DNA from: Candidatus Nomurabacteria bacterium
Lineage (GTDB): Bacteria; Patescibacteriota; Saccharimonadia; JAGOAT01
DNA: 64,000 nt
Assembly (NCBI GenBank): GCA_020639315.1
Contig: JACKGM010000002.1
Location: 222,321-286,320, forward strand
Reading direction: 5' to 3'
In this document: piece by piece, positions 9,629 through 20,491 of the stretch
Layout of the letters: each line of letters begins with the position of its first letter
Position numbering within the stretch: position 1 is the first letter of the stretch
Translations under genes and position numbers: made by a program
The notes under the pieces: model-generated
What the model was told of the DNA's origin: nothing
The model's database searches: none
What the model saw: the letters and a program-made list of their open reading frames with translations, nothing else

Positions 9629-11098
9629 CTATTCTTCTAAGGCTTGATTTAATCTAGCAAGCGATTCCTGTCTGCCCAATAATACCATAATATCATAGAT
9701 CCCCATCGCACCCAATTGGCTAGTAAGACTTGCCCTGAGACTCATCATCACAAACTTAGTACTTAACCCACTGGATTTAATAAACCCCTTCACCAAGTTG
9801 ATCAATTCTCCCTTCTCCCAGTCTTGATTGGATTCTAAGACTGCCAAAAGTCTTTCCACTACGACCTCAAAGTCAGCTTTATCTAGGTCAAACCGATCCA
9901 AAACAGTTTGATCAAACTTTGGCCTCCGATATAAGAAATAAATCTTATCAATATACTGCTTGGGGTTGGTAATTTTATCTTTTTCGACAGTCAAGATCCT
10001 TTCTAGATAGGCTATATCGTCGGGGTTACTCAAAAAATTCCGACTAGCTTCCCATTCTGGATCAAAATAATCCTTGATCAGTGGCTTAAATACTTCGACT
10101 AGCTCTTGCATTCCTAACATCCTTAGATGCTGAGTGTTAAACCAATCCAACCTTTCTTGATTATATATCGCTGGGCTAACCTGCAAAGACTTGGGATTAA
10201 AAGCTGCGACCAATTGGCTCAATGAAAATACCTCCTGAGTACTTCCAGGGTTCCAGCCTAGTAACGCTAGGTAATTAACAATTGCATTAGGTAGGTAACC
10301 TTGATGCTTAAGAAGCATCAAATCACTAGCTCCTGAGCGTTTGGAAAGTTTTTTCTTGTCCTCACCCAATACTATAGGTAGATGTAAAAAATTTGGCACA
10401 GCGAAGCCCAATGATTGATAAAGCAACTGATGCTTGGGGGTAGAAGCAATAAACTCCTCTGCCCGAATCACATCACTTACTTGCATCAAATGGTCATCGA
10501 TCACATTTGCAAAGTTGTAGGTCGGGTAACCATCTGACTTGATCAAGATAAAATCTTCTATAGTACTAAGATTAACTGTTTGTTCTCCTCTTATGCTATC
10601 TTTCCAGGTGACCGTATCACCAACTACCTTTGACATCCTAAACCTGATTGGGACATTTGCCCTATTGTCTCCAAGTTGTCTATCAAAATCTTCTCCCCTG
10701 AATACAAAGCTTCTCTTGTCTTGTTTAGCTTTGAGCTTAGCCTCTTCAATTACAGCCTGATTTAGATCGGAATAATATGCTAGACCTTGATCTACAAGCT
10801 CATGGGCAAACCTTTGATAAAGTTTTAATCTTTCAGACTGACGATACGGACCGAATTCTCCCCCGATTTCTGGGCCTTCGTCAGGGGCAATCCCCAACCA
10901 ATCAAAAACTTGACGCATTTGAGCCTCAGCACCACTGACAAATCGTTCTTGATCAGTGTCCTCAAGCCTCCAGACAAACTGTCCAGATTTGGATTTGGCA
11001 AATAAATAGCAAAACAAAGCAGTCCTGATAGAACCCAAATGTAAATACCCGGTCGGGCTAGGCGCAAATCTAGTACGAACCTTACTATTATCACTCAT
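9629..11098 (-). CDS. gltX: Glutamyl-tRNA synthetase
   Basis: HIGH-type motif PSPTGYLHLGSIRTA and KMSKS-type KLSKR. Confidence 0.95.
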   Translation of the reverse strand: MSDNSKVRTRFAPSPTGYLHLGSIRTALFCYLFAKSKSGQFVWRLEDTDQERFVSGAEAQMRQVFDWLGIAPDEGPEIGGEFGPYRQSERLKLYQRFAHELVDQGLAYYSDLNQAVIEEAKLKAKQDKRSFVFRGEDFDRQLGDNRANVPIRFRMSKVVGDTVTWKDSIRGEQTVNLSTIEDFILIKSDGYPTYNFANVIDDHLMQVSDVIRAEEFIASTPKHQLLYQSLGFAVPNFLHLPIVLGEDKKKLSKRSGASDLMLLKHQGYLPNAIVNYLALLGWNPGSTQEVFSLSQLVAAFNPKSLQVSPAIYNQERLDWFNTQHLRMLGMQELVEVFKPLIKDYFDPEWEASRNFLSNPDDIAYLERILTVEKDKITNPKQYIDKIYFLYRRPKFDQTVLDRFDLDKADFEVVVERLLAVLESNQDWEKGELINLVKGFIKSSGLSTKFVMMSLRASLTSQLGAMGIYDIMVLLGRQESLARLNQALEE

Positions 11099-11100
11099 CT

Positions 11101-12759
11101 CTAGATATTGCTTGCTATTTTAATCAATTGATCTTTGGCTAGTTGGTTACTGTCTCCTTCTATCCTATACCAAAGACCGTCATTAATCCAACTGATTTGA
11201 TTGTCTCCATATATATAAAGTGTCTGTCCTCCAGTCCTGAGAGCCTGATAACTATCACTGACACTGCTAATATAATCTTCGATCAGGTCTTGATCTGTCC
11301 ATTGACTAGACTGCTGAGAGATTGCCATTGTCGCTCGGTCGGTTGTATTGACCAAGCTATAGGTTAAACTATTATCTTCGATCTTGATGTCACGACTCAA
11401 TTGCCAACCACTCGGTAGATAACCAGGGACACTAGTAGCAATCCCAGCTCTGGCCCCAGCAATCTTAAGCGCCAAGCTAGGATAATTAACTTGCCATACG
11501 TAGACTAAGATTACAGCAAGCGCCAATGCACTCCCTGCAAGCTTAGCAATCCCCGGACTGGGCAAAGCGACTTTGCGGGCAAAAAAGTTTGAGACTCTAT
11601 TCTTGGTGTCCTGACTAATACTATTGACCTTACCAGATAAATTTGGTTTCAGCTTACTAGACTTCGTCTTGAGTTCAGGCTTAAGTCTATTACCAGCCTG
11701 ACCAACCTTGCTTCCTAAATCACTAGAGGCATTCTTGACCGAATCCCCTAGATTAGCTACTGATCCCTTGAGCTTATTCAAGTAATGCTGACTCTTAGAA
11801 GACTTTTGGGTCTTATTAGCTACTTCCGGCTCAGTAACCTGATTATCAATATTATTCTGCTCATAATATTGCTTATAAGTAGTATTGTCAGTATTCTCGA
11901 GCTGAGCGTAGTGGCTCTGATAATCGTAAACTTGATCTTGATTTGTCGAGCTGTCAACCGAAACACCAGAATAATGTTCTTCGGGATAATAGGCCTGATC
12001 CTGGTTATAATAATAACCCTGAGGATCTTGACTGGGTGAGTATTGTTGCGCGAATTCTTCTATTTGATTTTGGTCCTGACTATAACTACTAGAGTTAAAT
12101 GGACTTAATTCTGGGTGATCCAATCCTTGTGCTTGATTAGGACTAAGTTCAGGGGCAAAACTCTGCTCCATATCGCTTAGCTGATCATCACTTAACACAC
12201 TGTTTGGTCTAGCCTGATTCACTTGCTTAGTTGGCGCTGATTCGGTCAAAATTGGCGAAGAGACTTGCTGATAGTCACTGGGGATTGGATCGAAACGCTT
12301 TGCGTAGTCTGGACTTGATCCCTCAATACCTAACTCTATATTGTCACTAAAACCAGTTTTTGAATCAATTTGACCAACCATAGTCCTGTTAGGGGCTTTT
12401 AAGCTAGCAGTATCTAGTAGGTCTGGGGCTGGTTGACTAGCCGACTGAGTCACTGAACTTATGGCTGGGTTGAGCGGAGTTTCCAGCTGATAATTGGTGA
12501 TTGGAGCGAATGCTGGCTCTGCTATTTGATTGATAGGTTTTACGATCTGACCAGTATCTCTAGTGCTATTATCTGGCAAAGTTTTGGCAACAGAAACAGG
12601 ACTGGTTTTCTCAGTCTCACTAGCTTGGTTTGGGTTGGTCTTAACGCGAGATTTCGAATTGCCAAAAGCCTGACCACATGTAGTACAGTAGTCGCGTCCG
12701 GCGATTTGGATAATCTTACTACCCTGACAATTATCACAATTCATAAGCTTTAATATCAT
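11101..12759 (-). CDS. Hypothetical zinc-ribbon / low-complexity membrane protein
   Basis: N-terminal CDNC...CTTC ribbon, long Q/S/P/N-rich region, one TM helix (LAGSALALAVILVYVW), globular C-terminal domain. Confidence 0.5.
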   Translation of the reverse strand: MILKLMNCDNCQGSKIIQIAGRDYCTTCGQAFGNSKSRVKTNPNQASETEKTSPVSVAKTLPDNSTRDTGQIVKPINQIAEPAFAPITNYQLETPLNPAISSVTQSASQPAPDLLDTASLKAPNRTMVGQIDSKTGFSDNIELGIEGSSPDYAKRFDPIPSDYQQVSSPILTESAPTKQVNQARPNSVLSDDQLSDMEQSFAPELSPNQAQGLDHPELSPFNSSSYSQDQNQIEEFAQQYSPSQDPQGYYYNQDQAYYPEEHYSGVSVDSSTNQDQVYDYQSHYAQLENTDNTTYKQYYEQNNIDNQVTEPEVANKTQKSSKSQHYLNKLKGSVANLGDSVKNASSDLGSKVGQAGNRLKPELKTKSSKLKPNLSGKVNSISQDTKNRVSNFFARKVALPSPGIAKLAGSALALAVILVYVWQVNYPSLALKIAGARAGIATSVPGYLPSGWQLSRDIKIEDNSLTYSLVNTTDRATMAISQQSSQWTDQDLIEDYISSVSDSYQALRTGGQTLYIYGDNQISWINDGLWYRIEGDSNQLAKDQLIKIASNI

Positions 12760-12822
12760 TATATATCAAACTATCAAGATATCCAAAATAAATTTGACTA
12801 ACATATTACACCACATTTCCTG

Positions 12823-12884
12823 TCGCGAACTGTTCGCGATTTTTACTAACTTACCAGATTACGAATGTCGCGAACAGTTCGCGA
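12823..12884. repeat. Palindrome doublet, family 2 (arm TCGCGAAC(T/A)GTTCGCGA x2, 28-nt spacer)
   Basis: Arms at 12823-12839 and 12868-12884, centres 45 bp apart. Confidence 0.9.
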
Positions 12885-12936
12885 TATTTTGATTTTGCGA
12901 AGCTTGTCAATACCTGTAAAACAAACCTACTCAAAA

Positions 12937-13455
12937 TTATGCTGGCTGCTTAGTATTGCCACCACAAGTCTGCTCATTCCAGAAACCTTGATTCTTAAAT
13001 CTGGCCAACTCCTCACTGAGCTTGAAATCAGCTTGATATAAATAGAGCTGATTATCATAAGTATACTCATGAGCATAACCCTGCTCGATCAATTCCTGAT
13101 TGAAGTTCTTGCCATCTAGGTAAACATAAGCAAGTAATCGTTGATACTTATCATAGTGAGCGACATAAGGATCAGACTCTAACGTAATCTGCTTCCCCTC
13201 TAGCTTATTTTTGCTATATTGACTAGCCTCTGTCCCGAAGCATTGCACGACTAGTCTCGGATCCTTAGTCTCAGGAGTATCCACCCCAATAAGCCTCACC
13301 CTCTGTTCTCTACCATTGAGACTAACCTCGATTGTATCCCCATCGATTACCTTTAAAACAGTTACCTGTTGGCTACTCAAACTAGATTGATTTTTAAACC
13401 AAACAAAGCCAATCAAGACCACTAATCCAAGCAAAACTCTAGCTAGTTTCCGCAT
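12937..13455 (-). CDS. Secreted thermonuclease (SNase family)
   Basis: Signal/TM N-terminus, VIDGDTIEV, RVRLIGVDTPE. Confidence 0.85.
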   Translation of the reverse strand: MRKLARVLLGLVVLIGFVWFKNQSSLSSQQVTVLKVIDGDTIEVSLNGREQRVRLIGVDTPETKDPRLVVQCFGTEASQYSKNKLEGKQITLESDPYVAHYDKYQRLLAYVYLDGKNFNQELIEQGYAHEYTYDNQLYLYQADFKLSEELARFKNQGFWNEQTCGGNTKQPA

Positions 13456-14554
13456 AGGTCTTCTCCAATTGTTTTTTACGCTGATAGATATTATTGACTA
13501 TTCCGAGTAGTATTAGGCTAAGGATCAGGCTCGAACCCCCAAGCGATACTAATGGTAGAGGCAACCCTGTGACTGGCGCAAGCCCAAGATTCATTCCGAT
13601 ATTGATAATACTATGAAAGAACCAAAGCCCTGCTATGCCTAGGAGCAAGAAGGTAGCAGTCCGCTCTCTAGAGTAATTTGCAAGCCAAATAATTCTAGTC
13701 ACAATCCAGAGCTCCATTATCAGTACTACCATTGCCCCGACAAAGCCAAGCTTCTCACCAATCACGGAGTAGATAAAATCTGTATGTTGACTAGGCAAAA
13801 AATTAAGCTGAGACTGACTACCAGCATTGATCCCTTGCCCACTTAATCCACCACTTCCAATTGCAATCCTAGCTTGACGGACATTATAGCCTATCCCCTG
13901 AGGGTCACTATCTGGATTCACAAATACCTCAATCCGATGCTGCTGATACTCCCCGAGGTATGGATAGACTGCTGGGACCAAGACTATCCCGATTATCATT
14001 AATCCAAGCAGTATCTTTTTTGGAAATTTCGAGCTTGCTAGCATAATGATATAGATGATCAGGGTTGCTAAGGTAGTACCGAGATCTGGCTGGATAAGAA
14101 CTAGTATCAAGATTGGCAAGCTAATTAGGCCTGACTTGATAATGAAGCTAAACCTTCGACTATTCTGATAATTATTTGCAAAGTAGACTCCCAAAGAAAG
14201 TATTATCGCCAACTTAGCAAACTCCGATGGCTGGATTTGAATTGGTCCCAAGTCTAGCCACCGCCTTGCCCCAAAAACTGTAGTACCAACCACTTCTACT
14301 AAGACCAGTAGGATTAAAGTTAGAATATAAAAAGGCTTATGATACCTTGTGACCAGTCGATAATCAAACCTCTGTAAAAGTACTACAAACACTATCCCGA
14401 TCATAAGGTATATAATCTGCTTAATAACATCACCGACCCCAATTGTCGAGCCAGCCAAGGCTGAAGCCATCAGTACACTAATACTAATTAGTACCAATAC
14501 TGCAGCCGGCAAAACAATCAGCCAATCGAACTTAAAGTTTCTAAGAAGTCTCAT
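13439..14554 (-). CDS. rodA: SEDS-family protein RodA (second SEDS paralog in window)
   Basis: PSQHTDFIYSVIGEKLG, PLPLVSLGGSS. Confidence 0.8.
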   Translation of the reverse strand: MRLLRNFKFDWLIVLPAAVLVLISISVLMASALAGSTIGVGDVIKQIIYLMIGIVFVVLLQRFDYRLVTRYHKPFYILTLILLVLVEVVGTTVFGARRWLDLGPIQIQPSEFAKLAIILSLGVYFANNYQNSRRFSFIIKSGLISLPILILVLIQPDLGTTLATLIIYIIMLASSKFPKKILLGLMIIGIVLVPAVYPYLGEYQQHRIEVFVNPDSDPQGIGYNVRQARIAIGSGGLSGQGINAGSQSQLNFLPSQHTDFIYSVIGEKLGFVGAMVVLIMELWIVTRIIWLANYSRERTATFLLLGIAGLWFFHSIINIGMNLGLAPVTGLPLPLVSLGGSSLILSLILLGIVNNIYQRKKQLEKTYAETS

Positions 14555-15299
14555 TTAAACTACTGCCAGTTATATCCCAAATACCATCTTTTCTCTTTGT
14601 AGCAATCTTTAGGCACTCATTCTTGCACCGCTCTATATCTTTGCATTTATTATCTAACAACCTTGGTAGAATAAAATCTTGATAATGTTTAGATTCCAAG
14701 TTTGGCAATATGTAATTCAGTCCCAATCTTTTATTTTCACTATATTCAGAAAGAAAAAAAATACAGTCTTGACATTTGGATAATTGTTGAAAATCATATT
14801 TACTATACAATCCATGATCTTTTTCTTTGGTATTGGCATTATCAATGGTCCAATGGGGACTACTATTACGAAAAATACCATCTTTGACGTTAAATACTAT
14901 AATCTTGACTGTATTTTCGGGTTTCAATTCCAAAAGCTCTATTGTAGATTTAATCTGTTTATTTGCAATTTTAATTCCTTTTCCTATTTTATCAGCATAA
15001 TTTGCATACTGAATATGGACACCCTCGCAAAAATCATTATTGACCATCCTCTTATTAGTCTTAATTCTTTGATCCTTTTTACTTAGATTCTGAAAGTCAG
15101 ATGTATCAACTAGGTTTTCAACCTCTTTTTTTTCTACAATAATTAATAGCTCAATCTTCGCTTCTTCTTCTTGATGGATATAGTCAGCCACTTTGCTACC
15201 CTTATTGCTTCTTAATTTCTTATATTCACCTTCATCCAGAGAGTCAAAACTTACAGCTAAGAGTTCCTCAAGTAGACCTTGATACATATCCCTAATCAT
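14541..15299 (-). CDS. Hypothetical protein in AT-rich island
   Basis: Intact 252-aa ORF abutting the upstream ORF and overlapping the rodA start. No family recognised. A D...ELLIIVEKK stretch is only weakly PD-(D/E)xK-like. Confidence 0.45.
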   Translation of the reverse strand: MIRDMYQGLLEELLAVSFDSLDEGEYKKLRSNKGSKVADYIHQEEEAKIELLIIVEKKEVENLVDTSDFQNLSKKDQRIKTNKRMVNNDFCEGVHIQYANYADKIGKGIKIANKQIKSTIELLELKPENTVKIIVFNVKDGIFRNSSPHWTIDNANTKEKDHGLYSKYDFQQLSKCQDCIFFLSEYSENKRLGLNYILPNLESKHYQDFILPRLLDNKCKDIERCKNECLKIATKRKDGIWDITGSSLNETS

Positions 15300-15557
15300 T
15301 CAACAATTTACTCCAAAATCTAAAGTTAAATATTCTTCACTAATACAATTGTAATTTAAGTGTTCTTGGCTATTGTCCCTGTAGACTTTATCGACGCCAA
15401 CCATATCTTGACAGCATCTCCCACCATTAGATATGTCATTCATGGTTAATATGTGGCATAGATTGTTCTTTGTCTTACTGATTAAAAAGGATTGTTGAAC
15501 TTCTTCTACTCTAATCTTTTGTAACTTCATTTGATGCCTCAATATATACCATTTCAC
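15300..15557 (-). CDS. Small hypothetical protein
   Basis: 85-aa ORF wedged between the KilA-N gene and the 252-aa ORF; no homology recognised. Confidence 0.3.
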   Translation of the reverse strand: MKWYILRHQMKLQKIRVEEVQQSFLISKTKNNLCHILTMNDISNGGRCCQDMVGVDKVYRDNSQEHLNYNCISEEYLTLDFGVNC

Positions 15558-16386
15558 TCTTCTTCTTTAGTGACTTGATTGGATTCATACTATGTAACGA
15601 CTTCATTTGGGTTATGACCATATCTCTAAGCTCCTGAAACCTGTCTTGTTTATTAATATTCTTTTTTATGAGTACGGCATTATAGCTTTCCAAATTCGAT
15701 AAAATTGTCAGCTCATTAATACTAGCCATGTCTCTAATATTGAGGCCTTGTTTTGCCTTATCTTTATTTTTCATACGCCAGTCTTTGGCAGTGACCCCAA
15801 ATAGAACTAAATTTATCAGATCTGCCTCATCTGAGTATACAAAATCCTTCTTCCATCTTAATCCCTGCATTAGATGCTCTTTCACGGCATCCGTATGTAT
15901 CTTATAATTTGATTTGGTGATTATTCGCTTAACATCCCACTCAACATTATAAGAGTTTGCTTCAATTTCCTTTAGTCTCTGGTACTCCTTAATCAAATAG
16001 AGTTTAAAGGCAGGGTTTATCCAGGTACCAAATTCAAAAGCAATATCCTTATGAGCGTATGTACCCCCATATCTACCAGTTTGTGCTAATAAACCGACAG
16101 CATTAGTCCTCTCCCCCCATTCGCTTACGCTAACCTTAAACCTTCTCACTCCTGCCTGATTAATAATTATGGCGAATTCGCCATAATTAAAACCTGGATT
16201 ATGAATTTGTTCCCAGATACCTAAAAACTCTAGAGTATTCTTATTCCTAAGCCAATCAGCAACAAAAAAATCTCCATCTTTCGACTTGATCATATCCGTT
16301 AAGCTTAAGTAATCTTCCTCTCCAACCCGTTTTAACGCGACTACTTGGCCTTTTACTACTAATTCTCTAACCTTATTTAATACCAC
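15511..16386 (-). CDS. KilA-N domain DNA-binding protein
   Basis: DYLSLTDM...DWLRNKNTLEFLGIWE...GRYGGTYAHKDIAFEFGTWINPAFKLYLIKEYQRLKE is the classic KilA-N pattern. Confidence 0.8.
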   Translation of the reverse strand: MVLNKVRELVVKGQVVALKRVGEEDYLSLTDMIKSKDGDFFVADWLRNKNTLEFLGIWEQIHNPGFNYGEFAIIINQAGVRRFKVSVSEWGERTNAVGLLAQTGRYGGTYAHKDIAFEFGTWINPAFKLYLIKEYQRLKEIEANSYNVEWDVKRIITKSNYKIHTDAVKEHLMQGLRWKKDFVYSDEADLINLVLFGVTAKDWRMKNKDKAKQGLNIRDMASINELTILSNLESYNAVLIKKNINKQDRFQELRDMVITQMKSLHSMNPIKSLKKKSEMVYIEASNEVTKD

Positions 16387-16586
16387 CTAGCTACCCTGCC
16401 TGTCCTTTCTTATATACTAACTTATGGCCCACCAAGACCCGTTGATCTTTTGAGTGTATTAGTACCTTTCTTATCAATATATACTGCTTAGTCTCGCTAC
16501 TATTTTTAGTAAGTCTATCCTCTTTTTGAAAGTTATCTAGCATAGTTACATTTTAACTCATACCAAATCTCAGACCAAATATAGTG

Positions 16587-19472
16587 CTATATTCTGATCT
16601 TAATTTTTACCATCTGACCTATGATATCAAACTGGTTATCGGGTCTGTCCAATTCCGCTAGGTCTATCTGGTCGGCTAATACTTCAGTCGCTATCACCTC
16701 TTCAAATTCTTTGATTGCAGCCTCCAGGACTCCCGACTCAGTATCTACTATCAGCTTGATTCTGTCTGTCACTTCCAGATCCAGTTTTTTGCGGGTAGAC
16801 TGGATTTGACGAATCAAATCCCTGATCATCCCCTCTGCCCTTAATTGTTCCGTAATCTCTAAATCGACCAAGATATCCTCGTCTAGCTGATCTGAGGTAA
16901 TCACTTTTTTGACATTAAGTTCATCTGCTAAGATATCAACTAATTCTGTACTAAAGTCCAAGTCAGTTTTGATTGTCACCTTAGCCAATGGCTGTCTAAC
17001 CTTGATGCCCGCCTTTGCCCTCTGAGCCAATCCCTCCGTAACTAGCTCCCTAAGCTTGGTCATCTGATCCAACACTTGTCGATCGGCCGACACTACTTCG
17101 GGCCAATCTGTCAAATGTACCGATTCTAATTTACCCCCAACTCCTTCCATCAATTCCCCGTACAAATACTCACTGACAAAAGGTGCCCAAGGTGCTAATA
17201 GCTTGGCGATCTCGACTAATACATAGTGCAGGGTCTGATAAGCTTCTTGCTTGTCAGTATCATCATCTGACTTCCAGAATCTTTTACGAGACCTTCTAAT
17301 ATACCAGTTTGACAAATCGTCGATCAGCTTAGTTATTGGAGAGGTAGCATTAAAAAATTGATAGCCATCCATCGCTTGCACTATTTCCTGATTGGTCTGA
17401 TCTAGCCTAGCAATAATCCAGTTGTCAAGTGGACTAATCAAACCCTCAGGTCGTCGAAGCTCAGTCGGATTGTACTGATCAATTTCTGCATACAGTGTCA
17501 GAAAGCTAGCCGAAGCATAAAATGTCATCATCACATTACGCTTAATAGTCGCCAGGTCTTTCTCGATAAATTTGATAGATTGACCATTGGTAGCTGCTGA
17601 ACTTAGCAAATAAAACCTCAGACTATCAGCACCGAATTGATTGATGACCTTTTCAGGGTCATTATAGTTCTTGAGCTTTTTAGATAATTTCTTACCATCA
17701 CTAGCCAAAACTAAACCATTGACCACTACGTTCTCAAAGGCAGGACGATCATAAAGGATTGCAGAAAGTACATGCAGGGTATAAAACCAACCTCTTGTCT
17801 GATCCTGACCCTCAGCAATAAACCTAGCTGGGAAGCTTTTCTCAAACAACTCCTTATTTTCAAATGGATAATGGATAGCAGCATAAGGCATAGATCCTGA
17901 TTCAAACCAACAGTCAAAGACTTCGTCGACCCTAGTAGCTACTGCTCCAGATGGGGTCCTGAGCTTGATCTGATCAATCCCAGGACGGTGCAAATCCAAA
18001 TCCCCAATTGGCTCGATCGATAGCTCTTTAAGTTGCTCAAGACTTGATACAACAATCATCTCTCCCGACTCTTCAGATCTCCAGATTGGGATTGGAGACC
18101 CCCAGTATCTATTCCGAGAAATTGCCCAATCTCTAGCCCCAGCCAACCAATTACCGAATCTACCCTCCTTGAAGTGTTCGGGTATCCAACGGATATCCTG
18201 ATTGGAACGAACCAATTTCTCTCGCAATTTTGACACTTCTATATACCAGGTATCTATCACATAATAAATTAGAGGGCTATCACAGCGCCAACAGAAAGGA
18301 TAAGTATGCCTAATCTGTTTCGATTCAAACACTAGGTCACGACTTTCCAGCTCCTCAATCACTAGCTTGTCAGCATCCTTGACAAACACTCCCGCAAAGT
18401 CTGTATAATCAGCCATCATTCCGTGCTGATCGACCGATATCAGGACTGGCAAATCATACTCCTTGGCAAGCGCATTATCATCCTCACCAAATGCTGGCGC
18501 AATATGGACTAGACCACTCCCCTCTTCCATCGAAACAAAATCACCAGGATAAAGCCTGTAGACTCTCTTCAGTTGCTCCGAGTCAAGCTGACCAATTGCA
18601 GAATAAAGTGGCTGATACTCTTCTCCAATCAAATCCTGCCCCAGATATTGATCTACCACTTTATACTCTCGCTTACCCAATAACTCCAACCTTGCTTCAG
18701 CCAGGATCAAAAGTTGATCACCAAGCTTGACCTTGAAGTAAGTTTGGCTAGGGGAAATTGCGATTGCTAGATTACCGGGTAGGGTCCAGGGAGTAGTAGT
18801 CCAAACTAAGAAGTAAGTATTCTCTTGATTCTTCAAAGCAAACTTGACTACTAGGCTAGGGTCTTTAACATTTTCCTTGTAGCCCTGATTGAGCTCAAAA
18901 TTGGATAATGGAGTAGCACAACGTGGACAATAGCCTGTCGGTCTTTGCCCTTGATAAACAAGACCTTGCTTGTAAGCTTCACTAAATACCCACCAAACAC
19001 TCTCTATATAGTTGTCATCTAAAGTAGCATAATAATCCTCACTATCTGCCCATCTTCCTAGCCTAGTAAAGAGTCTCTCCCATTGATCCTTATACTTGAA
19101 AACACTTTCTCGACAAGCCTGATTGAACTTAGCAATTCCTATTCTCTCTTCAATGTCTCGCTTGTTCTTAACCCCGAGCTCTTTTTCGATCTTGGTTTCG
19201 ACTGGCAACCCATGACAATCCCAGCCAAGTCTTCTCGGTACATAATGACCTCGCATTGTTTCATACCTGCCAAATGCATCCTTGATCGCAGTCACCAGAT
19301 TGTGACCAAAATGAGGCAACCCATTAGCGAAAGGTGGGCCATCGTAAAAGCTATAGACCTCTCCCTCCTTGGTCTTGTCTAGACTTTTTTCAAAGATCTG
19401 ATTATCTTGCCAAAATTTTATTATTTGATCTTCTAATTTCTCAGGCTGGTAATTGGGAATTTTCTTCATCAT
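16587..19472 (-). CDS. ileS: Isoleucyl-tRNA synthetase
   Basis: PFANGLPHFGH (HIGH), KKLSKK (KMSKS), CP1 editing domain length. Confidence 0.97.
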   Translation of the reverse strand: MMKKIPNYQPEKLEDQIIKFWQDNQIFEKSLDKTKEGEVYSFYDGPPFANGLPHFGHNLVTAIKDAFGRYETMRGHYVPRRLGWDCHGLPVETKIEKELGVKNKRDIEERIGIAKFNQACRESVFKYKDQWERLFTRLGRWADSEDYYATLDDNYIESVWWVFSEAYKQGLVYQGQRPTGYCPRCATPLSNFELNQGYKENVKDPSLVVKFALKNQENTYFLVWTTTPWTLPGNLAIAISPSQTYFKVKLGDQLLILAEARLELLGKREYKVVDQYLGQDLIGEEYQPLYSAIGQLDSEQLKRVYRLYPGDFVSMEEGSGLVHIAPAFGEDDNALAKEYDLPVLISVDQHGMMADYTDFAGVFVKDADKLVIEELESRDLVFESKQIRHTYPFCWRCDSPLIYYVIDTWYIEVSKLREKLVRSNQDIRWIPEHFKEGRFGNWLAGARDWAISRNRYWGSPIPIWRSEESGEMIVVSSLEQLKELSIEPIGDLDLHRPGIDQIKLRTPSGAVATRVDEVFDCWFESGSMPYAAIHYPFENKELFEKSFPARFIAEGQDQTRGWFYTLHVLSAILYDRPAFENVVVNGLVLASDGKKLSKKLKNYNDPEKVINQFGADSLRFYLLSSAATNGQSIKFIEKDLATIKRNVMMTFYASASFLTLYAEIDQYNPTELRRPEGLISPLDNWIIARLDQTNQEIVQAMDGYQFFNATSPITKLIDDLSNWYIRRSRKRFWKSDDDTDKQEAYQTLHYVLVEIAKLLAPWAPFVSEYLYGELMEGVGGKLESVHLTDWPEVVSADRQVLDQMTKLRELVTEGLAQRAKAGIKVRQPLAKVTIKTDLDFSTELVDILADELNVKKVITSDQLDEDILVDLEITEQLRAEGMIRDLIRQIQSTRKKLDLEVTDRIKLIVDTESGVLEAAIKEFEEVIATEVLADQIDLAELDRPDNQFDIIGQMVKIKIRI

Positions 19473-19543
19473 TCTATCTTACCTCAAACTCTTATGAACT
19501 ACAAAAATCAATAGTCAAAGTGGTTATCAATACTTTACCTATT

Positions 19544-20491
19544 TCAAGTACTAATAATGCCCCGCTTAAGATACAACTCCCTTAGGGTATTAAAAATAGC
19601 CCTTACATTATTACCATAGATAGGGCAACCAAAATGTATATCTCTGATATCCTCACCATCCCTATTAATAAAGCATGTTTGACTAGTTGGTATCATGATC
19701 CTATTACCTTCAATACCATATGTTCTATACTCAAGATCAGCGTCCTCATTGGGCAAAACACCAAAGTAAGGTATTCTCTCAGACGCAAAGAAAAATTTTT
19801 GATCAAATCTGATCTTATTAAAAGGAAAGCCACTAGTTTCTATGTCTATTCTAGCTAATACAAAGCAATCCTTGCAAGTATTTATATATCCCTGAGTATG
19901 TTTTGGGCAATGCCCCTTTACAGATAAAGCGAAGGCTAGATCTGGGTCTAGTCTATTTTCAAGCCTAGACCAATCTACCGCAAAGCTTGATACATCACGC
20001 CAAAATATTTCTGGTTTAATAATCGGTTTATAGGACTTCAGCATTTCATCTGCCAACAGAATAATTGCAGATACCGTATATACCCCGCCTATAGCTACTG
20101 GGACTATATGTTCTTCCCAGAACCTAGTAAAGTCTCCCGAGAAGTCTCTGTCAATACTGAGATCTAACTCCTTTAAAGTTTCAACCTGACCAACTATTAC
20201 GGGATCTGAAAATATATTAGCATCTATCTCAAGTAAATAGTTACCAAATAATTCAACTATATCATCAGGGTCTGTTATCTGATCACTATTACCAGCAAAT
20301 ATACTAGCCATAGCATCCTTGAAAGATTGATGACCAGTGAGTAGAATAGTAATCATCAATTCATGGTATTTTCTTTTACGATCTACTGGATATGAGAAAT
20401 GTTCTGGGGATAATAATATCCTCAAAGCTTTTTTAGAGGCTATGTCAAGAACCCCTCCTGCTAGGCTTGTTTCCAACACATCCCGCCCCAC
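19544..20491 (-). CDS. Hypothetical protein (GTG start), Cys/His-containing
   Basis: 315-aa AT-rich ORF; GHCPKH..C..C and HFGC clusters; no family recognised. Confidence 0.45.
   Translation of the reverse strand: MGRDVLETSLAGGVLDIASKKALRILLSPEHFSYPVDRKRKYHELMITILLTGHQSFKDAMASIFAGNSDQITDPDDIVELFGNYLLEIDANIFSDPVIVGQVETLKELDLSIDRDFSGDFTRFWEEHIVPVAIGGVYTVSAIILLADEMLKSYKPIIKPEIFWRDVSSFAVDWSRLENRLDPDLAFALSVKGHCPKHTQGYINTCKDCFVLARIDIETSGFPFNKIRFDQKFFFASERIPYFGVLPNEDADLEYRTYGIEGNRIMIPTSQTCFINRDGEDIRDIHFGCPIYGNNVRAIFNTLRELYLKRGIIST

Noticed and set aside
2296-19585. Numerous 60-150 aa ORFs antisense to or nested in large conserved genes (e.g. 2296-2511, 3088-3743, 5822-6277, 7421-8006, 10539-11094, 18491-19585)
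   Set aside because: They lie within strongly supported CDSs on the opposite strand or in another frame. No independent signals were seen.
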